Assembly (NCBI RefSeq): GCF_009914755.1
Contig: NC_060944.1
Length of the DNA: 64,000 nucleotides
Origin: the human T2T-CHM13v2.0 reference genome, Homo sapiens
Reading direction: 5' to 3' (one strand)
Shown one piece after another: positions 32,463 through 48,840 of the stretch (positions are counted from its first letter, which is position 1; the number at the start of each line of letters is the position of its first letter). A program made the position numbers and the translations under genes. The notes beneath the pieces are model-generated. The model was not told where the DNA came from and did not search any database. It saw nothing but the letters and a program-made list of their open reading frames with translations.

Positions 32463-33101
32463 ACAGGGCCTATAGTCACTGCTCTCTGGTGAGCCTCCGG
32501 CACCTCCTCACCCTCAGCCACAGGCTTGCAGAGGTCCCAAGCACTCCCCACCAGCAACATGCACACCTAAGCCCCTCACTCCAGTCTCTGCCTCTCATCC
32601 CAGGGGGACTGCCGTGCTCTGCCTGGAGCCCTGCTTGTGGGGTTATGGCCAAGGAGAGCCGGGAGTGTGGGCGCCTCCAAGCACCCTCTCGGTCTTGTGC
32701 TGTCCTCACCCCACTGCCTGAAGAGAGCAGCGCACGAATTTTGTCTGGTCTCAGAGTCGTTTCTGGAGGGAGACGTACCTGGCAGCAGCTACTCCCCCGC
32801 AACTGGAAGCAGCGGTTGACTCCACATCAATACAAAGACAAGGTTACTTCAGTCTTTTTACTTTTATATTTTATTGTTTTACTATTTTCACGGTATATAC
32901 ATTGGGCCTGTCTTTTTAAAAATCTTTTATGACACTGAAACTTTTGAAGAATGCAAACCGGTTGTTTTGTAGATTGTCCCCGCATTGAGCGTTCCTGACA
33001 TTTCTGCATGAACAGATTGGCACCAAGAGCCAGGCATCCTTCCCAGCACTCGGGACGCTGGCTGCCCACCAGCGGCAACGGTACCTTTGATCCTCTGGTT
33101 A

Positions 33102-33336
<235 letters not shown>

Positions 33337-33483
33337 TCAGGAGGCTGAGTCACGAGAATCGCTGGATCCCGGGAGGCAGAGGTTGCAGTAGCCAAGATCA
33401 TGCCACTGCACTCCAGCCTGGGTGACAGAGTGAGTGAGAATCTGTCTCAAAAAAAACCCTGAAAATTAACAAGGAAGTACTTT

Positions 33484-34573
33484 TGATACTGGTGGCCAGG
33501 GGAGGTCCCCAAATGCGAATGGGAACTTGACCCAGGCCAGTGTCCTGCCTCTTAACACCATCACAAAACGAATTCAAGGATGAGTTAAAAAATAATGAAA
33601 GTAGAGATTTATTGCAAAGCAAAAAGTACACCCTCCAGAAAGCAGTGTGTGGCTGGGTGTGAAGGCTCACGCCTGTAATCCTAACACATTGGGAGGCTGA
33701 GGCAGGAGTTCGAGATCAGCCTGGGCAACATAGTGAGACCCTGCCTCATAAAAATAAACAAGCAAATAGAAAAAAAAGTCAAAGAAGAAAGGGGAGTATG
33801 GGTGTTCTCAAGAAAGTGAGTCGTGAGGCAGGGTTTGGGGCCCCTACCTTTAATGGGTTTCTTTAACCAAGGAGTGGAATATTCATAAAGATTTCTGGAA
33901 AAAGGTGAAGATTTCTAGGAACTGTGGTGCCACCCTTTTTTACACCAAATATGTGTGTTCCTGGAACTGTCATGGCACTGCCGAGTGTGATTTGTGTGTT
34001 GATGAGCATATAATTAGGTCACCGGTGAAACCCAGGTCAAGTCCGCTGCCATGTGGGTCCAGTCGTCTCGGCCAGCGTGGCCCAGTGGGTCCAGTCATCT
34101 TGTCCAGCTCGGCCCAGTGGGTCCAGTAGTCTCGGCCCAGCTCGGCCCAGTGGGTCCAGTCGTCTCGGCCAGCGTGGCCCAGTGGGTCCAGTCATCTTGT
34201 CCAGCTCGGCCCAGTGGGTCCAGTCGTCTCGGCTCAGCTCGGCCCAGTGGGTCCAGTCGTCTCGGCCAGCGTGGCCCAGTGGGTCCAGTTGTCTCGGCTC
34301 AGCGTGGCCCAGTGGGTCCAGTCCTCTTGGCCCAGCTCGGCCCAGTGGGTCCAGTCGTCTCGGCCCAGCTCAGCCCAGTGGGTCCAGTCGTCTCGGCCCA
34401 GGTCGGCCCAGTGGGTCCAGTCGTCTCGGCCAGCTTGGCCCATGTCCTGGTCTTCAGTGTCTGGTCACCCCCTGGCCTCTGCAGCTTTTTCAACAGCTCT
34501 CTTTTGATAGCCATGAAACTGCTACCTGGAATCATCTGTTCTCCTGCGGCCACCCTGTCGTAGTCCTGTCTCA
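33484..34573 (-). mobile_element. Solo ERV1 (MER4-group-like) LTR containing an Alu monomer and a VNTR
   Basis: TG...CA termini, 4-bp TSD CTTT on both sides, minus-strand AATAAA at 33608-33613. Confidence 0.75.
34053..34443. repeat. VNTR, ~12 x 32-33 bp (GGCCCAGTGGGTCCAGTCGTCTCGGCCCAGCTC)
   Basis: GGGTCCAG counted 12 times, 34055-34413. Confidence 0.95.
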
Positions 34574-35559
34574 CTTTGGGTTAGGTAAATGTCCTGTCCC
34601 TCATCAGAATCCATCTCTGGACTTAGCATTCGTGGATGATTCATGGATCAGTGTTTACTATGATGGCTGTGCGTCTTAAATCATTGTTTTATCTGTCATT
34701 ATTTTTTTGAATTGTCACACAGTAAGTTGACTTTTTTGGAAGATGTACGACTCTGTGAATATTCACACACACGTATCGCCACCGCCGCACTCAGGAAGCA
34801 GGACATCCCACGACTCGGAAATCTCCCCAGACGTACCGTTTGCGGTCACCCATCCTCTTCCCCCTGGAAACCCCATTTGTTCTAAGAATGTCAGATGAGG
34901 CCCAGGACGTAGACGCACCGGGTTGCGTTGAGGTCTGGCTTTTCTGACTTGGCACATCGCTGTGGACACCCACCCAGGGGGTTTCACGGATCGACGGCTC
35001 GTTCCTTCTATCACTCAGCAGTATCTCGTACACGACACACCACAGTCTCTGTTCACCCGCAGAAGAACACCTGCAATGTTTCCAGGTTGGGCAGCTATGA
35101 ATAGAGCTCCCATAAACATCTGTGTACCGTCCTTTAACGTAAACCTGTTTGAATTTGTCTTGGATAAATGCTCAGAAGCGGAATTGCTGGGTCATACGTC
35201 AGGCGCAGGTTTCCCTTCACCAGAAGCTGCCGACCTGGCTTCGGGAGGGAAACCCGCGCCGTCTGCACCCCCAGGGGAGTTCCCGGAGCCTCACGGCCGC
35301 TGCAGCACTTGGTGTCCTTGGTGTTTGGAAATTTTTTTTTTTTTTCAGCTGCTCTCATAGGTGGCCTCTCATGGTGCTTTTAATTTGCATTTCCCTAATG
35401 TTGCTGAAGAACATTTCATGGGCTAGTTAGTACACGGTCTTTGGTGAAGCTCCCATTAAGTCTTTTATCCTTTTTTTTTTTTTTTTTTTTTTTTTGAGAT
35501 GGAGTTTTGCTCTTGTCGCCCAGGCTGGAGTGCAGTGGTGCGATCTCGGCTCACTGTAA

Positions 35560-35811
<252 letters not shown>

Positions 35812-35961
35812 TGAGATATCATTTACATGCCATAATATTCGCCCATTTAAAGTGCATGATGCAATGGCTCTTAGCATATTTACAAAGCCGAGCAACCATC
35901 ACCATAATCTAATTTTAGAACATTTCATCACCCCGAAAAGAAACCTTGTACCATTTAGTAA

Positions 35962-36540
<579 letters not shown>

Positions 36541-36717
36541 TAGCTAACATGAATAATGCTCTATGGTGGTACAAGTTTTTTGTGTGTGGACACGTTTTCA
36601 TTTATCCCGGGTAGATATTGAAGAGCAAAATCCTGTGACTATATTTAACCTTTTGAGGAAATGCCAAAATGTTTTCCAAAGTGGTTACACTATTTCACAT
36701 TCCCAGCAGCTGTGTAG

Positions 36718-37182
<465 letters not shown>

Positions 37183-37546
37183 TGAGCCACGGCGCCCAGC
37201 CCCTTGGCCAAGTTTTCAATTGAATTGTTTATTTTTATTTTTTGGTGTTGAGTCTTGAGAGTTTTCTATGTATTGTGGATACAAGTCCTTTGTCAGTTCT
37301 GTGACTTGCACATATTTTCTCCAAGTCTGTGGCTTGTCTTTCTAATCTCTTAACAGGATCATTCACAATACAAGTTTTTTATTTCAGTGAAGCCCAGTTT
37401 ATCCATATTTTTCTTAAGTGGATCATGCTTTTAATATTGGCTGCTCAGGTCACAAAGATTATCTCTTGTACTTTCTTCTAGATGTTTTATAGTTTACATT
37501 TTATATTTAGATACATTATCCATTTGTATAGTTAATCTTTGTATAA

Positions 37547-37894
<348 letters not shown>

Positions 37895-37967
37895 TGATCC
37901 GCCCGCCTCAGTCTCCCAAAGCGCTGGGATTGCATGCGTGAGCCACTGTGCCCGGCAGAAAAGATGA

Positions 37968-38383
<416 letters not shown>

Positions 38384-38512
38384 TGAGCCACCACTCCCGG
38401 CCCTCACTGTCTTGTTTTGTTTTATTCTGTTATTTTTGTTTTTCTAAGACATCTTGTTATCGCACACTGTGTTCAATATTGCGATTTTGTAGCAATTTCT
38501 AAAATAAGATCA

Positions 38513-38869
<357 letters not shown>

Positions 38870-38893
38870 TTAGAAAATCTGCATATCCACCTG

Positions 38894-39270
38894 CAATATA
38901 ATGAAACCCGCTCTTCCCTCACCTGTCAATCAATATCATGAAGCCGGCTCTTCCCTCATCTGTCTATCAATATCATGAAACCACCTCTTCCCTCACCCGT
39001 CTATCAATACAATGAAACCACCTCTTCCCTCACCCGTCTATCAATATGATGAAGCCGGCTCTTCCCTCACCTGTCTATCAATATCATGAAGCCGGCTCTT
39101 CCCTCACCTGTCTATCAATATCATGAAGCCGGCTCTTCCCTCACCTGTCTATCAATATCATGAAGCCGGCTCTTCCCTCACCTGTCTATCAATATCATGA
39201 AGCCGGCTCCTCCCTCACCTGTCAATCAATATAATGAAGCCGGGCTCTTCCCTCACCTATATATCAATAT
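38894..39270. repeat. VNTR, 10 x 37 bp, inside L1
   Basis: TGAA at 38902 + 37n up to 39235. Confidence 0.95.
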
Positions 39271-40596
39271 GTGATCTAATAAAAATATACTACTATTTGA
39301 AGAAACCATAGGTGTAGGCTGGACACAGTGGCTCATGCCTATAATCCCCCAGCTGTTTGGGAGGCTAAGATGGGAGGATCACTTGAGCCCAGGAGTTCAA
39401 GACCAGCTTGGGCAACACAGAAAGACCACATCTCTACAAAAAAGTAAGAAATTAGCTGAGAGTGGTTGTGTGCCCCTGTAGTCCCAGCTACCAGGGAGGC
39501 TGAGATGGAAGGATCCCTTGAGCGTTGGAGGTCAAGGCTGCAGTGAGCCGAGAATGTGCCATTGCTCTCCAGCCTGGGCAACAGAGGAAGACTGTGTCTC
39601 GAAAAAAAAAAAAGAAAAATAGGTAAATTGTTCATGACCTTCTTAGATAAGACACTAAAACCACAAGCAAAGTAAGAAAAGGTAGGTAACTGGACTTTGC
39701 CAAAATTAAAAACTTTTGAGCATCAAAGGACACTGTCAAGAGAATGAAAAGAGAATCTATAGAATGGGGGAAAATATTTGTGAATCACAGCAGATAAGGG
39801 TCCAGCATTCCGAATATACAAAGGACTCTTACAACTCAACAATACAAAGACACTCAATATCATTAGTCATTAGGAAAATGCAAATCAAAACCACAGTAAG
39901 ACACCACTTCACACTCTCTGAGGTGGCTATAATCAGAAATATGAAAAATATCAAGGTTGGCAAAAATGTGGAAAAATGGGAAGCCTCTTCCATTGTTGGT
40001 AGCAACATAAAATGTTCCAGCCACTGCGGAAAACAGTCTGGCAGTTCCTCAGTAAGTTAAACATAGACAGCGATGTGTGAGCCAGCAATTCCACTCCTAA
40101 GTACAGACCCAAAAGAGTTGAAAACAGGTATTCAAACAAAAACTTGTACATGGAATGTTTGCAACAGCACTATTTATAATATCCAAAAGGTGGAAACAAC
40201 TGACGTCCATAAATGGATGGAGAGAGAAATGTGGTCTATCCATACAAAGGAATGCTATTCAGCCACAAAAAATGAATCTAGAAAAGTGGGTGAAGAAACC
40301 AGAAACAAAAGGCACAACTCGTATGATTCCATTTGTATGATGTGTTCAGAATAGGTAAATTCAGAGACACAGAAAGCATATTAGTGGTTGCCAGGGGCTG
40401 GGGACGGGGACAGGGGAAGAGACTGTTTAATGGGTGTAGTTTCCTTTTGGGGAGATGAAATGTTTTGGAACTAGTCAGAGGTGATGGGTGCACTGCATTG
40501 TGAGTGTTCCATGATGCTACTGAATTGCATATTTTAAAATGCTTAATTTTATGATATGGGAATTTTACCTCAACAAAAATTATTGAGGTAGCATAA

Positions 40597-40927
<331 letters not shown>

Positions 40928-41179
40928 TAGTTGTTCTAGTTCATCTTTCCATTTTAATTGTGGGAACTGCTTGTCTATATCTTCAGAAAATGTGGCTGAG
41001 ATTTGTACTGGAATTGCATTTAATGTATAAATCAACATGGCAAAAATCAGTATCTCTACTGTTGAGTCCAAAACCCAGGAACACAGCATGTCTCTCCGTT
41101 TGCCTGGGTCTTGATACTTTCATTAACATTTCATTTTTTTAAATTTCTGATTCTAACTGTACATTGCAGGTAGAAATAC

Positions 41180-41887
<708 letters not shown>

Positions 41888-42096
41888 AATACAATGGATT
41901 TTTGCATGTTGACTTTGTATATTGCCATCTTGCTAACCCCACTTATTCACTGAGTTTGCTTTTTTGTAGATTCCTTGGGATTTTCTACATAGACAATCAT
42001 GTTGTCTGGGAATCGGGAGAGGTTTATTTCTTCATTTTCAATCTGTATGCCTGTACTTTGCTTCTCTTGTATTTTACTGACTAAGACTTCCAATAG

Positions 42097-42541
<445 letters not shown>

Positions 42542-42637
42542 TAGATTGAAGTTGTTTTCTGTTCCTGCTTTGCCGAGATGTTCACCGTGAACGCACACTA
42601 AATGTTGTCCAATGCTCGCTCACTGTCCATCGCTTGA

Positions 42638-43493
<856 letters not shown>

Positions 43494-46400
43494 TAGCCAG
43501 GATGGTCTCGATCTCCTGACCTCGTGATCCGCCCACCTCGGCCTCTCAAAGTGCTGGGATTACAGGCGTGAGCCACCGTGCCCGGCCTCGTTTTCCATTT
43601 AAGTTGAGATTTTCCTGGTTCAGTTATGCCAAGTAATTTTGGATTTTATCCTAAGTCCAGGGTTTTATTCTTTTTAGAGATGGGGTCTCTCTGTGTCACC
43701 CAGGCTGGAGAGCAGGTGCCATCGTAATTCACTGCAGCTTCCAGCTCCTGGGCTCCAGTGACCCTCCTGCCTCAGCTTCCTGAGTGGCTGGGACCACAGC
43801 GCGTGGCTCTTTGATGAATAAACACTCCTTGGTTTGCTGTTTGCCTTTGGTTAAATTCCAAAGCACTGACATGGTTGTTTCTGACTTTTGTTTAGATTTA
43901 CAGGTACATTTTGGAGAGAGGGTTTGTTGACCTCCTCACCCCTCCACTCTGGAAATCTTTAATATATTTTATTATGCAATTCAACCTTCCATCCAATATA
44001 CATACTGGACGCCTGCCTCCTGCATGGCTGGCTCTGCCTCAGCCACTGGGACCCAGGGTGAACAGATACACCACCTTCTCCCACAGTGCTTGTGTAACCA
44101 CCAAGCCAATGTCCTGAGTTACTTCCAACAGTGAAAGGTACAGGGATTAATAAGGAACTTTCGCTGAGCACCTGCCCCGTGCCAGATACTGGTCCAAGCA
44201 CCTGCAGGAAGCATCTTACCCTCAAGGTGGCCACAGGAGTTAGCTATGCCCGTCTCACGCGCAGGGACACTGAGGAACAGGCAGCCTTGGCTGCTGCCCC
44301 CCGGACTTCACCTGCCACATCAGGTGCCGCCGGCATAGCAGGCCTTCATCAAATATTAGTCAGCACTTCTGTTTTCTTCTGCAGGTGGTGACACCATCTA
44401 AGAGGCACTGGCCAGAGAGCTGGGCAGCAGCTGCCACCTGGGATGAAGATGGGCAGAGCTGGGCCACCAGGGCCGTGGTGTGAACACACCACTCTCCCTC
44501 CAGGGGCCGACCAAGGAGCTCCGGGGGTCCAACCCTGGCTCCGGCTTTGGCAGAACTCTCACCTCGCCCCCAGACACCTGTGGGAGGAGCACAGTGCAGG
44601 TGGCGACAGCTCCCAGGGGCCGAGCAAGGCTGTGAGCCTCCGCACTAGGGGCCTCTCCCATCTAGTCCTCCCCACACGCTGGGGTTAACGCATTCTTAAC
44701 ATATGTATGTTAACCCAACCATAACAAGGTGCCACCATCGTCCCGTCCACAAGGGAGGAGACAGTGGCTACAGGGTGGCAGGCAGCCCTTACAAGTGGGA
44801 CTGGAAGCCTTTCCCTCCCGCCCTGTGGGAAGCCTGTGGCCGTCCCCGCCCTCGTCCAGCTGTGCCCTGTCCTCTCCAGCTGACCGTCCCCGTCAATCTC
44901 ATCCCTGCCAATGATCACATCCTAGCAGCAACCGGGCCTGAACCGGCCTGCTATAGCTTGCGCACAATGCATCTTCCGTCCGCTTAGCTTTTCTGCCCCC
45001 ATTTCCTACAGCCGGGGAGGCTCGGGTGCAGTGTCTCTCCTCGCTCCTGCTTCCTGACCCAGAGCCCAGACCTGGGACTTCCCAAAAGCCCCCAGACACA
45101 CCAAGGGCACCGCCGAACCCCTCAGAGCCAAGGGAGAGGAGAGCTAGCGTTCCCTGAGCTCACCTTGCCTGGTGGCACGGGTCCCCTCTGTCTGCGGCCA
45201 CTGTCATGGGAGAAGCCAGGCTCAGCCACTGGCAAGAGCAGGCAGCCAGCAAGAGGTGGATGTGGGTCCAAGCCCAGGCCACACGGCTCCCAGCAAGAGC
45301 CATGGCCAGGGGCCAGTCGGCAGCCCCTCTGCCCGACAAGGATGTGGGCCAGCGTCGTCTGCACTTCAGAGGAGACGAGAACCAGGAGGCAGCCCCTGAG
45401 GGCATCCCGCGGGTCCTCACGGAGGCTGCGTTCTCCCACCTTGGCCAGGATGCCCCGGGAACACCATGCAGCGTCTCTGAGGCTTCCTGTGCAGAGGGGC
45501 TCACAGAGCCCCCACCGGCCTGGTTTAGTAAATGCAGTTTTTACCTTTTCACTTTAAAGGAAAATGAAAATTCCTCCTTTCAGACGCTCTGTGACTGATG
45601 TTGACCGGTGTTGACTGGTGAGGTTGAGAATGAGGTGAGCTGGGTCAGGCCAGCCTAGAGGGAAGCGGGTGACCTGGAAGGCCGTGCTGTCAGGCGTGGT
45701 CGGCAGTCGGCCCCACGGCTCCTTCAGGGTGGGCCTGGACCACAGACACCTCACCAGGGTCTCCCGTCCCTGGGCGGCTGCATATGGGTCCAAGCAAGCC
45801 ACAAAGGCTGTGCCAGCCAAGCCCAACGCAGGCCGCCCCTACAGTCCCTGCCCGGCCCTGCACCCTCCCCACCCCTTCCCAGGTGCTGATCACCAGTACT
45901 CACTCTGCACCCCAAACCCCAAACCCCGTCTCAGCGTCTGCCCCTGAGGACCCTCTGAGTGTCAACCCAACTGACCCGTCTGCCTCATCAGTGACCCCTC
46001 GGGGCTGCACACCTCTCCCATCGCAGGTCCTGGCACTGCTCTCCGGCACCGAGCTCCCCCTCCCAGGTGGGGCTCAGGCGGTTCCCTGCCCTCCGTCCTT
46101 AGACCTCAGCTGAAACCTGAGCTCTCCCCACCACCCGCCCCCGCCAGCCTCTGCACTGCTCCCCACGGGAAGGCCGTTCTCCCTTGGTTTACCGTTCCCT
46201 GCGCTTGGCTCGGCCATGTGCACATAGTAGGTGCTTACCACACTCGTGCAATGAACACACAGAGCGGTGCAGGGCCCAGGACAGCGCCTTCCCCACGTGC
46301 TCAGGGGGCACAAGGGCGTCCCTCCAAGTCTTGCTCAGGGGCCTCCCAGGGTCCCTGCCCAGCTGTGGGTCCTCACTGAGCACCCGGCGAGGACAGAGTA

Positions 46401-48000
46401 CGGCATCCGTTGGCCTCGATCTCCGGAACAACACGGGCACACGGCCGTCCCAGCCAGCAACGAGAGCCACGAAACAAATCCACCCGGGCTGACTCCCGAA
46501 GCCCTCGGACTGTTCCGCCCCACGGACCTCCCGGACCCTCTCTTCCACGGGGAAGACACCGCCCAGCCAGGACCGGGTGTATAAAGAAACGGGATTTCCG
46601 TAGGGGCAGGCCGATTTCCCCTGCGGGGCCGAGGGAGGTGTGGGGAGGATTCTGCGCTGGGGGGAGGAGGAGAGGGAGGACGCCTTTCTGCCTGGGAAGG
46701 GAAAACGCGCCCCCTCCTGATTGGCATGGCGGGCCGTCCCCCGGGCCCCAGGGCCCTGCCGGGAACGCTCTGGGCTCCCCAAACATGGGGTCTCCGAGCA
46801 GTGGGGCCCAGCCTCTGCCTCCGGCGACTGGAGACTCACCTCACCCGCCCAAATCCGCCCCGCTCTCCGACTGGGCCCCGCCTCCCACTGCCCCGCCATC
46901 CGCCCACCCTTTCACCGCCCCCTGCGGGCAGCAGGCGCGTCCTGGGGCTGGGCAACCGGGGTGCAGGTTCCGGAGCTGCCAGAGCTGTGAGGGGGACTCG
47001 GGAGAGATCCAGGTTCCTCTGGCTGCGAAGTCCCTGGAGGCCGGGCCGGAGGGCTCCGCGCACGTAGCACTTTTTGGCCCGCCCGGCGCCCCCGTCGCCT
47101 CCACAAGGGCTGAAGAGGACGGGCGGGCTGGACCAGGCGGGGCTCCGAGACGGGTCCGAGACGGGGGCCTGGGCCCGGGAGAGGGGCGGGGGCTGGGCTC
47201 CCGGACCCGGGCGCGGGGCCTTTTAACCCCTGCAGACCCAGGACCGGCCGGGCCGCCCCAAGACGAACGCCGCAGGGCTGGGCTCAGCCCAAGCCAGACG
47301 GCGAGAGTCGCACCGAGGTGGAAGCTGGGGGCGCGGCCTCGCCGGGGCCAGGAAAGGGGCGGGGCCGGGTGGGGCCCGGGGAGGAGCCTGTGCGCCCCGC
47401 CCTCCGTGACGCGCCGCGGCCCCCGCGCATATAAGTGGGCGCGTCCGCGCGTGCGCACCCCGCGCGCGCCTCTCTGTCGTGGCGCGGCTTCCCGCGGTCT
47501 TCTCTGCAAATGGGCTCCGTGGCCTAGCGCCCCCGTCCCCGCCACCCGTGATCGTGCGCCGAGGCCCGCGAGGGGTCGCCGCCCAGGTGAGGGGCGCCGC
47601 GCGCGGGTGGGACGAGCAGGCCCGAGGGGCGGGGGGCGAGGGGCGGGGCTGGGCCGGGGGCTCCTCTCCTCTCCGCCTGGCGAGCGCTGGGCTCGGGGTC
47701 CCCGGCGGGCTCCTCTCGGGTCGGGCGGGTTGGGACGGCGCCCACCAGGTTCCCGACGTCTGGGCCGGGGCCCCGCGCACAAAGCGCCTTTGTTCCACCC
47801 GCTCGGCCGGTTTGGGCTGGTTGGAGCCGCCCGCGCCCCGCGCGGCGAAGGCGGTGCCGGGAGCTGGGGAGCCCCGCCTCGGTAAATAACCCAGCGCGGC
47901 GGCTCCACCCGCTGGGGAGCGCCCTTCATGACGGAAGGCCGCTGACCCGAGGGGCTCCTCCACCCCCATGCGCAGATCCCACCAGCCAGCAAGCTAAAGC

Positions 48001-48055
48001 ATGGCGGCCATCCCCTCCAGCGGCTCGCTCGTGGCCACCCACGACTACTACCGGC
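48001..48055 (+). CDS. PPDPF: PPDPF coding exon (MAAIPSSGSLVATHDYYR)
   Basis: AGCATGG Kozak; donor C|GTGAGT; recognisable PPDPF N-terminus. Confidence 0.95.
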
Positions 48056-48203
48056 GTGAGTAGCCCCTGCCCCCCATCCACGCGGATGCTCTGCTGGCGC
48101 CAGTGCCGGCCCCGTGCAGGCTGCGGAACCAGCGCTCGGCCTGAAGGCCGGTGGGCTGGGGGGCTCCGCGCCCCGCGTTGCTGACGGGACCTCTCCTCTC
48201 CAG

Positions 48204-48281
48204 GCCGCCTGGGTTCCACTTCCAGCAACAGCTCCTGCAGCAGTACCGAGTGCCCCGGGGAAGCCATTCCCCACCCCCCAG
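48204..48281 (+). CDS. PPDPF: PPDPF coding exon (RRLGSTSSNSSCSSTECPGEAIPHPP)
   Basis: 78 nt, CAG| acceptor, G|GTGAGT donor. Confidence 0.95.
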
Positions 48282-48359
48282 GTGAGTGCAGGATCGCCCC
48301 TTTCTCCCCCCGCTCCTCCAGGAGCTGGCAGCATCAAGACCCCACTTCGCTTCTCTCAG

Positions 48360-48571
48360 GTCTCCCCAAGGCTGACCCGGGTCATTGGTGGGCCAGCTTC
48401 TTTTTCGGGAAGTCCACCCTCCCGTTCATGGCCACGGTGTTGGAGTCCGCAGAGCACTCGGAACCTCCCCAGGCCTCCAGCAGCATGACCGCCTGTGGCC
48501 TGGCTCGGGACGCCCCGAGGAAGCAGCCCGGCGGTCAGTCCAGCACAGCCAGCGCTGGGCCCCCGTCCTGA
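48360..48571 (+). CDS. PPDPF: PPDPF last coding exon (GLPKADPGHWWASFFFGKS...AGPPS*)
   Basis: Family motif GHWWASFFF; TGA at 48569-48571; total 114 aa. Confidence 0.95.
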
Positions 48572-48834
48572 CCTGAGCGGTTACCACCAGCCCCAGGCCT
48601 GCGGAGGCGCTAGTCCACCAGAGCCCCTCCCCGCCCCTCTCCCCACTCCGCATCCCTCGCCCCCCTCCCCACCTCCCACCCCCCACCCTGTAAACTAGGC
48701 GGCTGCAGCAAGCAGACCTTCGCATCAACACAGCAGACACCAAAAACCAGTGAGAGCCCCGCTCTCTACCGCCCGGCCCCAGCACTCGCTAGCTTTCCTG
48801 ACACCTGGAACTGTGCACCTGGCACCAAGCGGAA

Positions 48835-48840
48835 AATAAA
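48835..48840 (+). terminator. PPDPF poly(A) signal AATAAA
   Basis: Canonical hexamer followed by GT-rich tract (TGGTGTGTG). Confidence 0.85.

Larger units (their letters stand above)
46380..48620 (+). promoter_or_regulatory. CpG island spanning the PPDPF promoter and gene body; TATAAG 47430-47435, half-CRE TGACG ~47407, GC boxes
   Basis: Dense CpG; motifs read directly. Confidence 0.85.

Noticed and set aside
34051-34679. Collagen-like GPVGPV ORFs
   Set aside because: Translation of a VNTR inside an LTR; Gly-X-Y register is not continuous
39716-40354. ORFs resembling the L1 ORF2 C-terminus
   Set aside because: Fragmented, frameshifted old L1; not an intact gene
46268-46400. RE1-like sequences upstream of PPDPF (perfect right half at 46279-46288; gapped variant ~46377)
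   Set aside because: Left half is poor or spacing is off; expected by chance in GC-rich DNA without ChIP support
46580-46585. TATAAA ~0.9 kb upstream of PPDPF
   Set aside because: Isolated motif with no downstream exon structure I could support
46410-48337. Long ORFs of 491 and 498 aa on opposite strands
   Set aside because: CpG-island low-complexity Pro/Arg/Gly/Ala frames; the real gene here is spliced PPDPF in other frames
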